Notes: generated from the sequence alone by a model not told the origin. A stretch of 64,000 bases of DNA from Eubacteriales bacterium (GCA_045653105.1 JAZOLL010000047.1:698-64697), one strand, 5' to 3'; shown: positions 7,683-17,285, numbered from the stretch's first letter. Translations and numbers: made by a program.

Positions 7683-8816
7683 TTATTTCTTCTTGAGATT
7701 TTCCGAAAATGTGTGCATCATCTCGCTGATCTTGAGATTCTGCGGGCAGACCTCCTCACAGGAGCGACAACCGATACACGCGGCAGGTCTTTTATTCTCG
7801 TCAAGCGCGCGAATACCTATTGCGGCAAGAAAGCCACCCTTGCTATAGACATACTCGTTATATATCTCGATAATGCGCGGAATATTGAGCGCCTGTGGGC
7901 AGTGATCCACACAGTAGCGACATGAGGTGCACGGAAGCGTCCCCTTCGAGGTCATCTCCTTGGCTATGCCGAGTAGCGTTTCTCTTTCATTATCCGAGAG
8001 AGGCCTTCTCTCGCTGAAGGTAGCGATATTCTCTGCAAGCTGTGTGAGGTTTGACATGCCCGAAAGGACTACCGTAACGCCCTCGATCCCCTGAAGGAAT
8101 CTGAATGCCCACTCGGGATTTTTATACTCGGGACGAAGTGCTCTGAGTTTTTCCTCATGCTGAGGCTCAAGCTGACAAAGCTTTCCGCCACGCACAGGCT
8201 CCATTACCCAAATCGGGATATTTAGGCTATTCAAAAGTGTTACTTTTTCTTTTGCCTTCTGGAAATCGTAATCAAGCCAATTGAGCTGTATCTGACAAAA
8301 CTCCAAATGCTCTCCGTACGCGTCAAGGAAGCGCTTTGTGGTCTCAAGTGTGCCGTGAAGCGAAAATCCGAGATGACGGATTCGCCCGTTTTTCTTTTGC
8401 TCAATAAGATACTCAAACGTGCGGTATTCGGGATTCAGGTACTTATCTATATTGGTCTCGCAAACGTTGTGAAAAAGATAAAAATCAAAATAATCTACTT
8501 TGCAACGTACAAGTTGCTCCTCAAAGATCTCCTCTACCTTACCGAAATTTCTAACATCATAGCCCGGAAACTTTGTTGCAAGGTAATAGCTGTCTCTTGG
8601 ATATGCGGAAAGGATCTCGCCCATAATAGGCTCTGACTCTCCTCCGTGGTATCCCCACGCGGTATCATAGTAGTTTATGCCTTTTTCCATCGAGTAGGCG
8701 ATCATTTTGCGCGTGGCATCCATATCCACCTTGTCGCTACCCTCAATGCAAGGGAAACGCATGCATCCCATACCGAGTGCGGACAGTTTTAAACCGTGAA
8801 AATCATTATAGAGCAT
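7683..8816 (-). CDS. aldo/keto reductase with C-terminal 2x[4Fe-4S] ferredoxin-type domain
   Basis: N-terminal AKR motif LGMGCMRFP...INYYDTAWGY. C-terminal CTSCRYCVDHCP and CIGCRSCEEVCP. Confidence 0.75.
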   Translation of the reverse strand: MLYNDFHGLKLSALGMGCMRFPCIEGSDKVDMDATRKMIAYSMEKGINYYDTAWGYHGGESEPIMGEILSAYPRDSYYLATKFPGYDVRNFGKVEEIFEEQLVRCKVDYFDFYLFHNVCETNIDKYLNPEYRTFEYLIEQKKNGRIRHLGFSLHGTLETTKRFLDAYGEHLEFCQIQLNWLDYDFQKAKEKVTLLNSLNIPIWVMEPVRGGKLCQLEPQHEEKLRALRPEYKNPEWAFRFLQGIEGVTVVLSGMSNLTQLAENIATFSERRPLSDNERETLLGIAKEMTSKGTLPCTSCRYCVDHCPQALNIPRIIEIYNEYVYSKGGFLAAIGIRALDENKRPAACIGCRSCEEVCPQNLKISEMMHTFSENLKKK

Positions 8817-8894
8817 ACATTTATTTCTCCTTTATGGACTTCTGTTTTGACCATTATAGCATATTTTGAAAATTTTTTCAAGCATAAAAGAGAA

Positions 8895-8927
8895 AAGCCG
8901 CGGCAGTATGATGAACTGCCGTGGCTT
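8895..8927. terminator. intrinsic terminator after the ferritin gene
   Basis: 12-bp stem AAGCCGCGGCAG/CTGCCGTGGCTT with T-rich tails on both strands. Confidence 0.7.
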
Positions 8928-8935
8928 TTTTATTT

Positions 8936-9448
8936 TCAGAGCACCAAAGAGGGTGCGGAATAAATTCTTGCCGCAAGCTCCTGATTGAGCATATAGAGGC
9001 TCTTGGGATCGGATCCGAAAAGCTCCATCTTTGTAATGAGGTCGTTTGCGTTGGTCTCCTCTTCACCCTGCTCTTTGACAAACCAGTCGAGAAACTGCAT
9101 CGTGCGGAAATCCTTTGTCTCGTATGCAGCCGCATAGATATCATTGATAAGCGAGGTCACGTACTCCTCGTGCTCAAGCCCTGCCTTCAAAACGTCCATA
9201 TGGCAGGTGATCTCCTTATTAGGCTTATCGATCGCCTCAAGCGTAACCTTCTGATTTTCATTCTGAAGGTACTGATAGAAAAGCATCGCGTGGTCGCGCT
9301 CCTCCTGAGCCTGTATCTTATACCAGTTTGCAAAGCCATCAAGTCCAGCGTCTTCAAAATAATTGGAAAACTGGAGGTATAAGTAAGCGGAATAAAATTC
9401 TTTATTAATCTGCTGATTGAGTAATTCATGAACTTTAGCGTTCATCAT
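8936..9448 (-). CDS. ftnA: non-heme ferritin
   Basis: MMNAKVHELLNQQINKEFYSAYLYLQFSNYFEDAGLDGFANWYKIQAQEERDHAMLFYQYL shows the ferroxidase-centre E/ExxH pattern. Confidence 0.85.
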   Translation of the reverse strand: MMNAKVHELLNQQINKEFYSAYLYLQFSNYFEDAGLDGFANWYKIQAQEERDHAMLFYQYLQNENQKVTLEAIDKPNKEITCHMDVLKAGLEHEEYVTSLINDIYAAAYETKDFRTMQFLDWFVKEQGEEETNANDLITKMELFGSDPKSLYMLNQELAARIYSAPSLVL

Positions 9449-9650
9449 GATCTGTTCCTCCTATGTAAAATATCAACCGTTTAGGTTTTATTTTATTATA
9501 GCATATAAACGCTATTTTTTCAATAGCTTTCCTCTACAAATCGTCATATTGTTTTATAAAACAATAAAGACACTCTCAAAGGCGATCTTTTGCAGGTTTT
9601 CTTCTCAAAATGCCCGTTTTTTCTGCTTTTAGCCAAAACTGCCTGCCAAA

Positions 9651-9700
9651 TGTTAACAAATATGTTCAAAACTGTTGATTAATTGTTAACTAAATGTTAA
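9651..9700. repeat. five helically phased TGTTnA direct repeats upstream of the ABC operon promoter
   Basis: TGTTAA 9651, TGTTCA 9663, TGTTGA 9673, TGTTAA 9684, TGTTAA 9695; spacings 12/10/11/11 nt. They lie about 40-90 nt upstream of a TG-extended -10 (TGATACAAT, 9737-9745). Confidence 0.5.
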
Positions 9701-9839
9701 ATCGTGTCGATAAATCTTTACTTTATTATTCAGCTGTGATACAATGTTAGCGTATAAAATGAAATACCAGTGCAAGTATAAAGATATCATGACAACGCGG
9801 TCATTTTTCCCACTTTAATCATTATCGGAGGACTTTATT

Positions 9840-12095
9840 TTGATATTTCTATATTACGTAGTAGCACTCTTATCCTGTGCGCTAACAATTTCTTTTCTAT
9901 TTTATTATAAAGGAAGAAATGTCTGCAAAAGATTTTCAAACACTCAGCTCGTAGCTCTTATCTACGGCACAGTCTTCTTTATCAGAATGTTTGGCGGTAT
10001 CCCCGCGTTGCAAGGAACACTCGGACTTAACATTTATTCGCCGTTCGGTCCTCAGGGAGGAAATCTTGTTATTTTGTCCTGTCTCTTGATCTGGACAATA
10101 TACGCAGTACAGCTCGCGTGTGTCACATTCCCCTTCTTTGAGAAGTATGCACCGCTCGTAGCTCCGATCGTTCGCTATCTTGCTGTTTTGGTCTACGGTG
10201 TTTCGATTGGAGTTCTTCCGATCCTCAACCGTGCACTCAATGGAGACGGCGCAAACGACTTCCATTACCGACTTCTTGCATTTGCTATCGAGCTCGGTAT
10301 AGGATTTGCTCTTGCGATATTCCAGACAGCAAATATAAAGCCCCACAAGTTCAGCCTCAACGAGAAGATCAAAACTGTTCTTATCTTCGCAGGTATGATG
10401 GTAATGTCGATCCCCTACTGGGTTCCTCAGGCGATATTTGGAACAGGAAACGACTCTATCATCGCTCAGGACTTCACAATTTATCACAGACTCTTCCTTT
10501 ATGGAGCAATACTCTTTGCGGTTACAGTGCACTTCCTCTTTGCGAAATGTGAATATGAGCTCAAACGTTACGCGCTAATTTATTTGAGCATGGCAACGAT
10601 GATAGCTTACTGTTACCGCTACGATTTTTCAACCTTTACAAGTGTTCTGGCTTGGCCACTCCACCTTTGTAACACTGCGATGTTTATCGTACCGCTTGTT
10701 CTCATCTTCAAGATGGAAAGGCTTTACTACTTCACGATATTCATCAACGTGCTTGGAGCTATCCTGGCGATGCTAATGCCCAACACTGAGCACGGAGTCT
10801 GGCTTGCGGACATGTCGATACGCTTCTGGTCCAACCACTATATGGCAACCATTATGCCGATACTCCTTATGAGCCTTGGCATATTCAAGCGTCCCAAGAT
10901 AAAGCAGTTCTGGTATTCGCTTCTCGCGTTCTGCGGTTATTACGTGCTCGTGCTCTTCCTCAACGCGTGGTTTACTAATTATGATAAAACCGTGGACTTC
11001 TTCTTTATCAACTCTAACTTCGTAGCAGAAAAGCTCGGTCAGTGGGCAGAGGATCTTCGTGACATTACAGCCACAATACACATAAAAGATCTTAAGCTCG
11101 TCTTCTACCCCGTTTACCAGACTATTTACTTCTCAGTTTATATTGCTCTTTCGTTTGCTATGTGGTTTATCTACGAGCAGGCATTCGAAATATTTGACAC
11201 ATACAAAATCATTACCGAAAGGAAGCGCAAGATCAAAGCCGACAGACTTGCTCTGGAGGTACATCTTGCCGGAAGAAGTATGCAGGAACCTATGAATCCT
11301 CAAAACGAAGGTAAGCTGATTCTTCGTGATTTTTCAAAGCGCTATTCCACCAGCGACGTTTATGCGGTTTACAAGGCTAACCTTGATATTGAGGGCGGTC
11401 AGATATTCGGCTTCCTCGGCCCGAACGGCGCGGGTAAGTCATCTATCATTAAGACAGTCGTTGGTATCCAGACTATTACCTCGGGCGAGATCGAGGTATC
11501 CGGCTACGACGCGGACAAGCAGCCCGTTGAAGCCAAGATGCAGATCGGTTACGTTCCCGACCACTATGCACTCTACGAGAACCTCACAGGTAGAGAGTAC
11601 ATAAACTACATCGCCGACCTCTATAACGTATCCAAGGAAGATCGCGACGCGCGTATCACAGATTACGTTGAGAGATTCCGTCTTGAGGGCGCTATCGATA
11701 ACCCGATAAAGACCTACTCTCACGGTATGAAGCAGAAGATAACAATAATGTCCGCTCTAGTACACAACCCCAAAATATGGATCCTTGACGAGCCGCTCAC
11801 CGGTCTCGACCCCGAGTCTATATTCCAGGTAAAGGAATGTATGAAGGAGCACGCATCCCGCGGCAATATCGTATTCTTCTCCAGCCACCTTATCGACGTT
11901 GTAGAAAACGTTTGCGACAAAATCGCAATTATCCGAAAGGGTCAGATCCTTTGCTGCAAGACACTTGCAGAGATCAAGGAAAGCGGTGTTCCGCTTGAGA
12001 AGTTCTATATGGACACTATCGACGGCAACACACAGGATCCTGTATCCGTAAAGGACGCTGAGAGCAATGAAGCTCTGAACGAGGCTTCGGTATGA
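9840..12095 (+). CDS. fusion protein: large polytopic membrane domain (YwaF/TIGR02206/TMEM164-like) plus C-terminal ABC transporter ATPase
   Basis: TTG start after GGAGGA. Membrane part includes WPLHLCNTAMFIVPLVLIF. ATPase part has Walker A GPNGAGKSS, signature-like YSHGMKQK, Walker B ILDEP and H-loop SSHL. Confidence 0.75.
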   Translation: MIFLYYVVALLSCALTISFLFYYKGRNVCKRFSNTQLVALIYGTVFFIRMFGGIPALQGTLGLNIYSPFGPQGGNLVILSCLLIWTIYAVQLACVTFPFFEKYAPLVAPIVRYLAVLVYGVSIGVLPILNRALNGDGANDFHYRLLAFAIELGIGFALAIFQTANIKPHKFSLNEKIKTVLIFAGMMVMSIPYWVPQAIFGTGNDSIIAQDFTIYHRLFLYGAILFAVTVHFLFAKCEYELKRYALIYLSMATMIAYCYRYDFSTFTSVLAWPLHLCNTAMFIVPLVLIFKMERLYYFTIFINVLGAILAMLMPNTEHGVWLADMSIRFWSNHYMATIMPILLMSLGIFKRPKIKQFWYSLLAFCGYYVLVLFLNAWFTNYDKTVDFFFINSNFVAEKLGQWAEDLRDITATIHIKDLKLVFYPVYQTIYFSVYIALSFAMWFIYEQAFEIFDTYKIITERKRKIKADRLALEVHLAGRSMQEPMNPQNEGKLILRDFSKRYSTSDVYAVYKANLDIEGGQIFGFLGPNGAGKSSIIKTVVGIQTITSGEIEVSGYDADKQPVEAKMQIGYVPDHYALYENLTGREYINYIADLYNVSKEDRDARITDYVERFRLEGAIDNPIKTYSHGMKQKITIMSALVHNPKIWILDEPLTGLDPESIFQVKECMKEHASRGNIVFFSSHLIDVVENVCDKIAIIRKGQILCCKTLAEIKESGVPLEKFYMDTIDGNTQDPVSVKDAESNEALNEASV

Positions 12096-13795
12096 CAAGG
12101 ACTGCTAGAAAAAAGGGCGGATTTTTCGAATTCTTCCGTGAGGCTTCCAAGACACTTAAAACGCTTGTCAAGATGCAACTCAAGGAAAAAATGGATATCA
12201 GTTACACCCGCTCTCTCAGAAAATTGATATTTAAGATCGTTTGGTTGCTTATTGAATTTATTGGAATAACCGTTGTTATTACGGTGGCATTCCACTTCGT
12301 TAAGCTGCTCGGTCTCTTCTCTCTCGTGCATGATATTCCCGTTTCGGTAATCTCGCTACTGTTTTCAATAATGCTGTTGCTTTCTTTGATTACCGATACG
12401 ATAGGACTTGTAAAATCACTGTATTTCTCAAAAGACAATACTGTTTTATTGACATTCCCCGCTACTTCATCTTTGGTATTCTTTTCAAAACTCGCAACAT
12501 ATTACGTATATGAGTTCAGAAAGAGCTTTATGTTCACGATCCCGATGTTTATCGCATACGGTATCGTAAAAGGATATCCCGCCTATTACTATCCTTGGCT
12601 TGTACTTATGTTTGCGCTTATATCCGTAATTCCCGTTTTGCTTGCGGCACTTCTTTCGATTCCCGCAATGTTTGCTTACATCTTTCTCAACCGAGTAAAG
12701 ATACTTCAGTATATACTGTATATCGGTGTTTCGGCTGCGGCGATACTTCTCGTGTGGAATCTTATCGGTTTGGTGCCCGACAACATAAACTTTATTGAAA
12801 GCTGGGGCAATACGTACTGGAAGATACAAGCTTTTCTTACGAATTATACTGAAATGTTTGCTCCGCTCTATGCCTTTACCGAGCTTATAGTCGGAAAAAC
12901 GATAGGTCTTTCGAGCGTGATATTCCATTCAGATACGCTTCTTAACCTTCTCATCCTCATCGGATGCGGCGTTTTCTTGCTCGTTGCGTGCTTCCTTTGC
13001 TCGAAGCCCCTATTCTGCAAGATGGCATCTACCCCCTTTGAGTTCAAGAAAAAGAATGCTGTAGAACCTAAAAAGAACAAAAAGCGTCGTCCTTTCGTTT
13101 CTGCTCTGAAAAAGGAATTTATAGTTGGAATACGTTCCAATACCTTTATAAAGCTTGGCGCGATCCTTGTAGTGGTTATGCCGATGGCTATATACCTCCT
13201 CAACAAGCTTTATTCCGCGATGAACACAAGATTCCTCGGAACACAGATGACGAGATGCTTTAACGTCTTTATCATGCTACTCATCCTTTTGATGACAAAC
13301 ATCGATATAGCGTCGGTCTATAGCCGCGATGGAGCAAGCTCCTATCTCAACAAGGTACAGCCTGCTCCCTATGCATCGCTTCTTGTATCCAAGCTGATAT
13401 TCCCAATGATAATTGCACTTGCAGGCGTTATCTTCTCGGTGAACATCTTCGCTATTGAAGCGAACCTTTCGACTACAGATACTATTATGACCGCTATTAT
13501 AGTTTACTTTGTTTATATCGCGCATCTGTTCTCCTCTGCGGAGAGCGACATCATGAATCCGCAGTATAAACAGTATGCAACCTTCAGCGACCAGACGAAC
13601 AACCCTAACGAGTCACACTCGGGAATCTCTGCTATAATCATTTCCGCTGTGGTATTCATCATCGCTCTCTTCCTTTCATCCCGCCCCGACTACGGAGCAT
13701 GGGTAAAGATGGCTGCAGTTTCGGTTGCATTCGCAGGAATTAAGATATTTACTTATCTTTCAAAAATCAAAGCATTTTACAAGGAGAAGCAATAA
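12092..13795 (+). CDS. polytopic membrane protein, probable permease partner of the upstream ABC ATPase
   Basis: ATGA overlap with the upstream gene. At least 10 hydrophobic helices by eye. No catalytic motif recognised. Confidence 0.55.
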   Translation: MTRTARKKGGFFEFFREASKTLKTLVKMQLKEKMDISYTRSLRKLIFKIVWLLIEFIGITVVITVAFHFVKLLGLFSLVHDIPVSVISLLFSIMLLLSLITDTIGLVKSLYFSKDNTVLLTFPATSSLVFFSKLATYYVYEFRKSFMFTIPMFIAYGIVKGYPAYYYPWLVLMFALISVIPVLLAALLSIPAMFAYIFLNRVKILQYILYIGVSAAAILLVWNLIGLVPDNINFIESWGNTYWKIQAFLTNYTEMFAPLYAFTELIVGKTIGLSSVIFHSDTLLNLLILIGCGVFLLVACFLCSKPLFCKMASTPFEFKKKNAVEPKKNKKRRPFVSALKKEFIVGIRSNTFIKLGAILVVVMPMAIYLLNKLYSAMNTRFLGTQMTRCFNVFIMLLILLMTNIDIASVYSRDGASSYLNKVQPAPYASLLVSKLIFPMIIALAGVIFSVNIFAIEANLSTTDTIMTAIIVYFVYIAHLFSSAESDIMNPQYKQYATFSDQTNNPNESHSGISAIIISAVVFIIALFLSSRPDYGAWVKMAAVSVAFAGIKIFTYLSKIKAFYKEKQ

Positions 13796-14289
13796 TGAAA
13801 AAGACAATAGTTATCGTTATCCTTGTGGTGTATATCGCTTCTATTGCAATCGTCAATTTCTTCGGTCTTGAGATCAAAGTATTTGACGGTGTAACCTACG
13901 TCGAGGACATTATGTGTGACTCGATAACAGTTCAGAATCAGAAGCCGGTAACCCTTGAATCTTCACAAGGTCTTGGTGGAAAACCACTCTTTATATTTGA
14001 TTTTATCCCTGCGCCCGAGGATGACCCCTACACCACAGAGGACGAAAGCATCGTCACAAACCCCAATGCGGTACAGCTCAACTACGAGGTGTTCCCTCAC
14101 CTTGCAGATGAGACAGGTGTTACATTTGAGTTCGACAAAACGGCACATGAGGGAGCTGTCGTGTTCCACGAGCTCTCACGCACGTTCGTTTTTCTCGAAC
14201 CGAATCACATTATTACAGTGACCGTTAAAGCAATCGACGGCTCAAACAAGAGCACTCAGGTTGCTATAATGGGTAGATTACCCAAATAA
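13795..14289 (+). CDS. membrane-anchored extracytoplasmic protein (Ig-like/beta-sandwich-like)
   Basis: Start overlaps the upstream stop (TAATG). N-terminal anchor IVIVILVVYIASIAIVNFF, followed by beta-rich sequence ...IITVTVKAIDGSNKSTQVAIMG. Confidence 0.5.
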   Translation: MKKTIVIVILVVYIASIAIVNFFGLEIKVFDGVTYVEDIMCDSITVQNQKPVTLESSQGLGGKPLFIFDFIPAPEDDPYTTEDESIVTNPNAVQLNYEVFPHLADETGVTFEFDKTAHEGAVVFHELSRTFVFLEPNHIITVTVKAIDGSNKSTQVAIMGRLPK

Positions 14290-14318
14290 ATAAAGTACTT
14301 CTCAGGAGGACTAAAAAA

Positions 14319-16535
14319 ATGAATTTTCGCAAGCTTTCAAAAATCATTTCTATCATAGCGATCTTCGCTATGGTGCTCTCTTTTGCAGCTTGTCGCAAAG
14401 AGGGTTCGCTAAAACTCGAATCGTTTACCATTGACCGCACATCCATTAAGACTACTTACCTTGTAGGTGAAGAAGTTGACTTCTCCGGAATCAAGGCTGT
14501 TGCCAGATACTCCGACGAGTCTCTCAACAAGATCTACACCTATGACGAGCTCACACTCACCTACCCCGAAGATATCACCGCTACAGCAGGTGATAAGGAA
14601 GTAACAGTTTCCTTCAACGATCCCAACCTCAACAAAAAGCAGGAAACCAAGTTCACAGTAAAGGTTACCGAGAACTCCGTAATTGACGATGGATCTAATC
14701 CCTTGGTTGCAGTTCAGTTCGAAAAGCCCACCACACTTACACAGTTTGACAGCGCAAACGCGGCTGCAGGAACTATTCAGTATGGTTCAGCGGGCTTCTG
14801 GGGACAGTTTGCAGCAGGACAGAAGACATACGTTATCGGTAACGAAAATGAATTCAAGCTCAATCCCCAATTTGCTGTTCTCACTGATGACGGCACAGTA
14901 GTTGAGCTTACAAGCTTCTTCTCTGTTGTTGACGTATACGTAGAGAAAACCGGTGAGTACGTTGCTCTCACAAAGACTGAAGGCGAAAATAACGTAGTTA
15001 CCTACACTGACGGTGAAACTCTCATCGCTACTGTAGATACCTACAATGGCCTCTACCAGTTCACAACCGACGCAGCAGGACTCAAGGTAAAGATATCTGT
15101 TCTTCCCAAAGAGGCTAATTACATAACATCTACTCCCTTCAACCCCGTTGTGCTTGAGGCAAATATTATCAACGCTTACAATGTATACGAGGCTTGGCAG
15201 CTTGCTGTTATAGATAACTTCCGCGAGGCTTGGCTCGACATCAAGACTGAGCATGGTCTTCTCGATGTAAATGCATCCGGTGTTGTATTCCATAATGACA
15301 TCACTCTCACAGCAGCTGACGTTCCCGCTGAATATTTCTATACAACAGAAAGAGAAGTTGTATATACAAACGCTGTTGACGGTTCTACAGTTACAATTCC
15401 CGCAGGAACAAAATACCTCAAAGACCTCATAGAGATATATTACCACCTCGGCTTAGAGCCCTTTGCTATGGAAGGTAACTTCTTTACACTTGATACAAGC
15501 AAGTTCCCGATCATCGCTTCTCCCGCAGTATTCGGTGAAGATGCAGAAAAAGACTATGATACCGACTTTTCAAACACTGCTCTCTTCTTCTTCAACTCCT
15601 ATGAGTCTACAGAGGACTTTATTGCTAACATGAATACCGGAAACGGTGCTGATGTTACCATAAACAACCTCTCCTTCATAGGTAATGCTAAGAGAGACAA
15701 TCTTGTTGACGCAAACGAAAACCTTGCATCTGCAGGCGGACTTATTCTCATCAAGTCAATGTATAAAACAGACCTTACGATGGACAACATCATCGGTAAC
15801 TCCTACTTTATCTCGTACTTTGCAGATAACGGTAATATTACAGTAAACAATGCTAAGTGTTTTGACTCTTATCAAAATGCAGCATTTGTTTGGGGTGCTT
15901 CCATCACTACATTTACAAACTCCTATCTTGAGGGATGCGGTGGCCCCGTTGCTATCGTACAGAGCCTTATTGATGAAGGCTGGCATCCTGTATTTTCCAC
16001 AACCAACACTCATGTTAAGACCAATGTTACCGGTGAAGAGATCTGGTTCTCCGCTGTAGGCGCTAACTCTATGGTCGGTGGTATCAAGGGTCTTGGAGAA
16101 GGTCTCAATCAGGCGGGCCTCGGAAACTTTGTTGACGCACAGGGCAAGATGAACATCAAGGGTGTACTTATGGCTAGTGGAACCAACGCTTCCGCAGCTG
16201 TTACAGGCATTGGCGCTCAGGGTTCTATCGCATTCGATGGCGAAGGTATGAACAGATACCAGACCGTAGAAAATGCTAACTGGGCAACTATAAAGTATAT
16301 ATCTGAACAGTCGCTCGCAGGCAGCGGTCAGATACCTCCCTTCTTCACTGTTTATGATGCAAACGGCGTAGCACAGACGATATTCTTCAACGGCACAACA
16401 TTCGTTGACCTCTCTATGAGACCTCTTGGTACGAATGTAAGCCACGCTGAACTCGTTGCAGCATTCCAGGCAGCTGATACCATCACTCTCACTCAGGGCG
16501 GACTTTCTATCGTATTTGATTTTTATCACAACTAA
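14319..16535 (+). CDS. large surface lipoprotein with N-terminal Ig-like domain and beta-helix-like repeat region
   Basis: Lipobox LSFAAC after a signal peptide. Ig-like segment LVGEEVDFSGIKAVARYSDES. Asn/Gly-rich repetitive C-terminal part (NNLSFIGN..., NITVNNAKC...). Confidence 0.6.
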   Translation: MNFRKLSKIISIIAIFAMVLSFAACRKEGSLKLESFTIDRTSIKTTYLVGEEVDFSGIKAVARYSDESLNKIYTYDELTLTYPEDITATAGDKEVTVSFNDPNLNKKQETKFTVKVTENSVIDDGSNPLVAVQFEKPTTLTQFDSANAAAGTIQYGSAGFWGQFAAGQKTYVIGNENEFKLNPQFAVLTDDGTVVELTSFFSVVDVYVEKTGEYVALTKTEGENNVVTYTDGETLIATVDTYNGLYQFTTDAAGLKVKISVLPKEANYITSTPFNPVVLEANIINAYNVYEAWQLAVIDNFREAWLDIKTEHGLLDVNASGVVFHNDITLTAADVPAEYFYTTEREVVYTNAVDGSTVTIPAGTKYLKDLIEIYYHLGLEPFAMEGNFFTLDTSKFPIIASPAVFGEDAEKDYDTDFSNTALFFFNSYESTEDFIANMNTGNGADVTINNLSFIGNAKRDNLVDANENLASAGGLILIKSMYKTDLTMDNIIGNSYFISYFADNGNITVNNAKCFDSYQNAAFVWGASITTFTNSYLEGCGGPVAIVQSLIDEGWHPVFSTTNTHVKTNVTGEEIWFSAVGANSMVGGIKGLGEGLNQAGLGNFVDAQGKMNIKGVLMASGTNASAAVTGIGAQGSIAFDGEGMNRYQTVENANWATIKYISEQSLAGSGQIPPFFTVYDANGVAQTIFFNGTTFVDLSMRPLGTNVSHAELVAAFQAADTITLTQGGLSIVFDFYHN

Positions 16536-16552
16536 TAAAAACAAATAGCCAA

Positions 16553-16583
16553 AACGGCGGTTGGGAAAATCCCAACCGCCGTT
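16553..16583 (+). terminator. terminator of the ABC/lipoprotein operon
   Basis: 13-bp stem AACGGCGGTTGGG/CCCAACCGCCGTT with loop AAAAT. Confidence 0.65.
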
Positions 16584-16619
16584 ACTTCTTGATTATCTTC
16601 CCGAATTTTATAATAATAA

Positions 16620-16650
16620 AAAAGATCCTCTTGATTCAAGAGGATCTTTT
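16620..16650. terminator. bidirectional A/T-flanked hairpin overlapping the exonuclease stop codon
   Basis: AAAAGATCCTCTT-loop-AAGAGGATCTTTT. The stop codon at 16636-16638 lies in the loop. Confidence 0.55.
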
Positions 16651-17259
16651 TGTGCTTTTAGGATTTTGAAGTCTTGCTCTGGTTTTCTTGTTTGAAGATA
16701 CCACACTTGCCTTTTCCACACTTATATCCAAGTGCTTACAAACAAGAGCTGTACTCATTGCATCGCTCAATGCATTATGCGCTTGATAGGGTGGCTCACC
16801 AAGATTTGAAACGGCATCCTCAAGGGATATCTGCTTCTTTGTTTTGGCTATCTGACGACCATAGATTCGCTGAAGATTATAAGTACCTGGGAGTGGGTAT
16901 GTAGGTATCTGGTGTATCATAATATTGGAGAGTAATATCCCTATATCGTCTCCACCCCACGTCATATAGCAAAAATCATCTCCACAGAAGGCAGAAAATC
17001 TTCGATATGCCTCGGGGAAAGACACCCCACTCTCGATATCTTCCTGCGATATGCCTGTAAGGCGCCTCACCTTTGAATTCATCTGAGTATAATATACGGG
17101 GCGAATCATTATATCGAACGTATCTATGATCTCAAACGAATCATTAAGCTTAATAGCTCCTATTTGAATTATCTCACCGTTAAGTTTTACAGGCTCGTTT
17201 ATCTTATCTTCTTTGATAAGAGGCTGATTCCACTCAAGATCGAAAACAATATAGTTCAC
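16636..17259 (-). CDS. DEDDh 3'-5' exonuclease (KapD/ERI-like)
   Basis: Exo I motif IVFDLEWN and Exo III motif HNALSDA. Start ambiguous: GTG 17259 after GTGGAG is preferred over TTG 17280. Confidence 0.65.
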   Translation of the reverse strand: MNYIVFDLEWNQPLIKEDKINEPVKLNGEIIQIGAIKLNDSFEIIDTFDIMIRPVYYTQMNSKVRRLTGISQEDIESGVSFPEAYRRFSAFCGDDFCYMTWGGDDIGILLSNIMIHQIPTYPLPGTYNLQRIYGRQIAKTKKQISLEDAVSNLGEPPYQAHNALSDAMSTALVCKHLDISVEKASVVSSNKKTRARLQNPKSTKRSS

Positions 17260-17285
17260 AAAATTACTCCACTTTCCCAAATTTG

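Noticed and set aside
9447-9632. 61-aa ORF in the ferritin/ABC intergenic region (and similar 60-90-aa intergenic ORFs, e.g. 7633-7848 and 39003-39239)
   Set aside because: They have AT-rich, Phe/Ile/Tyr/Lys-biased translations, no RBS, and they overlap promoter or terminator elements. They are most likely non-coding.
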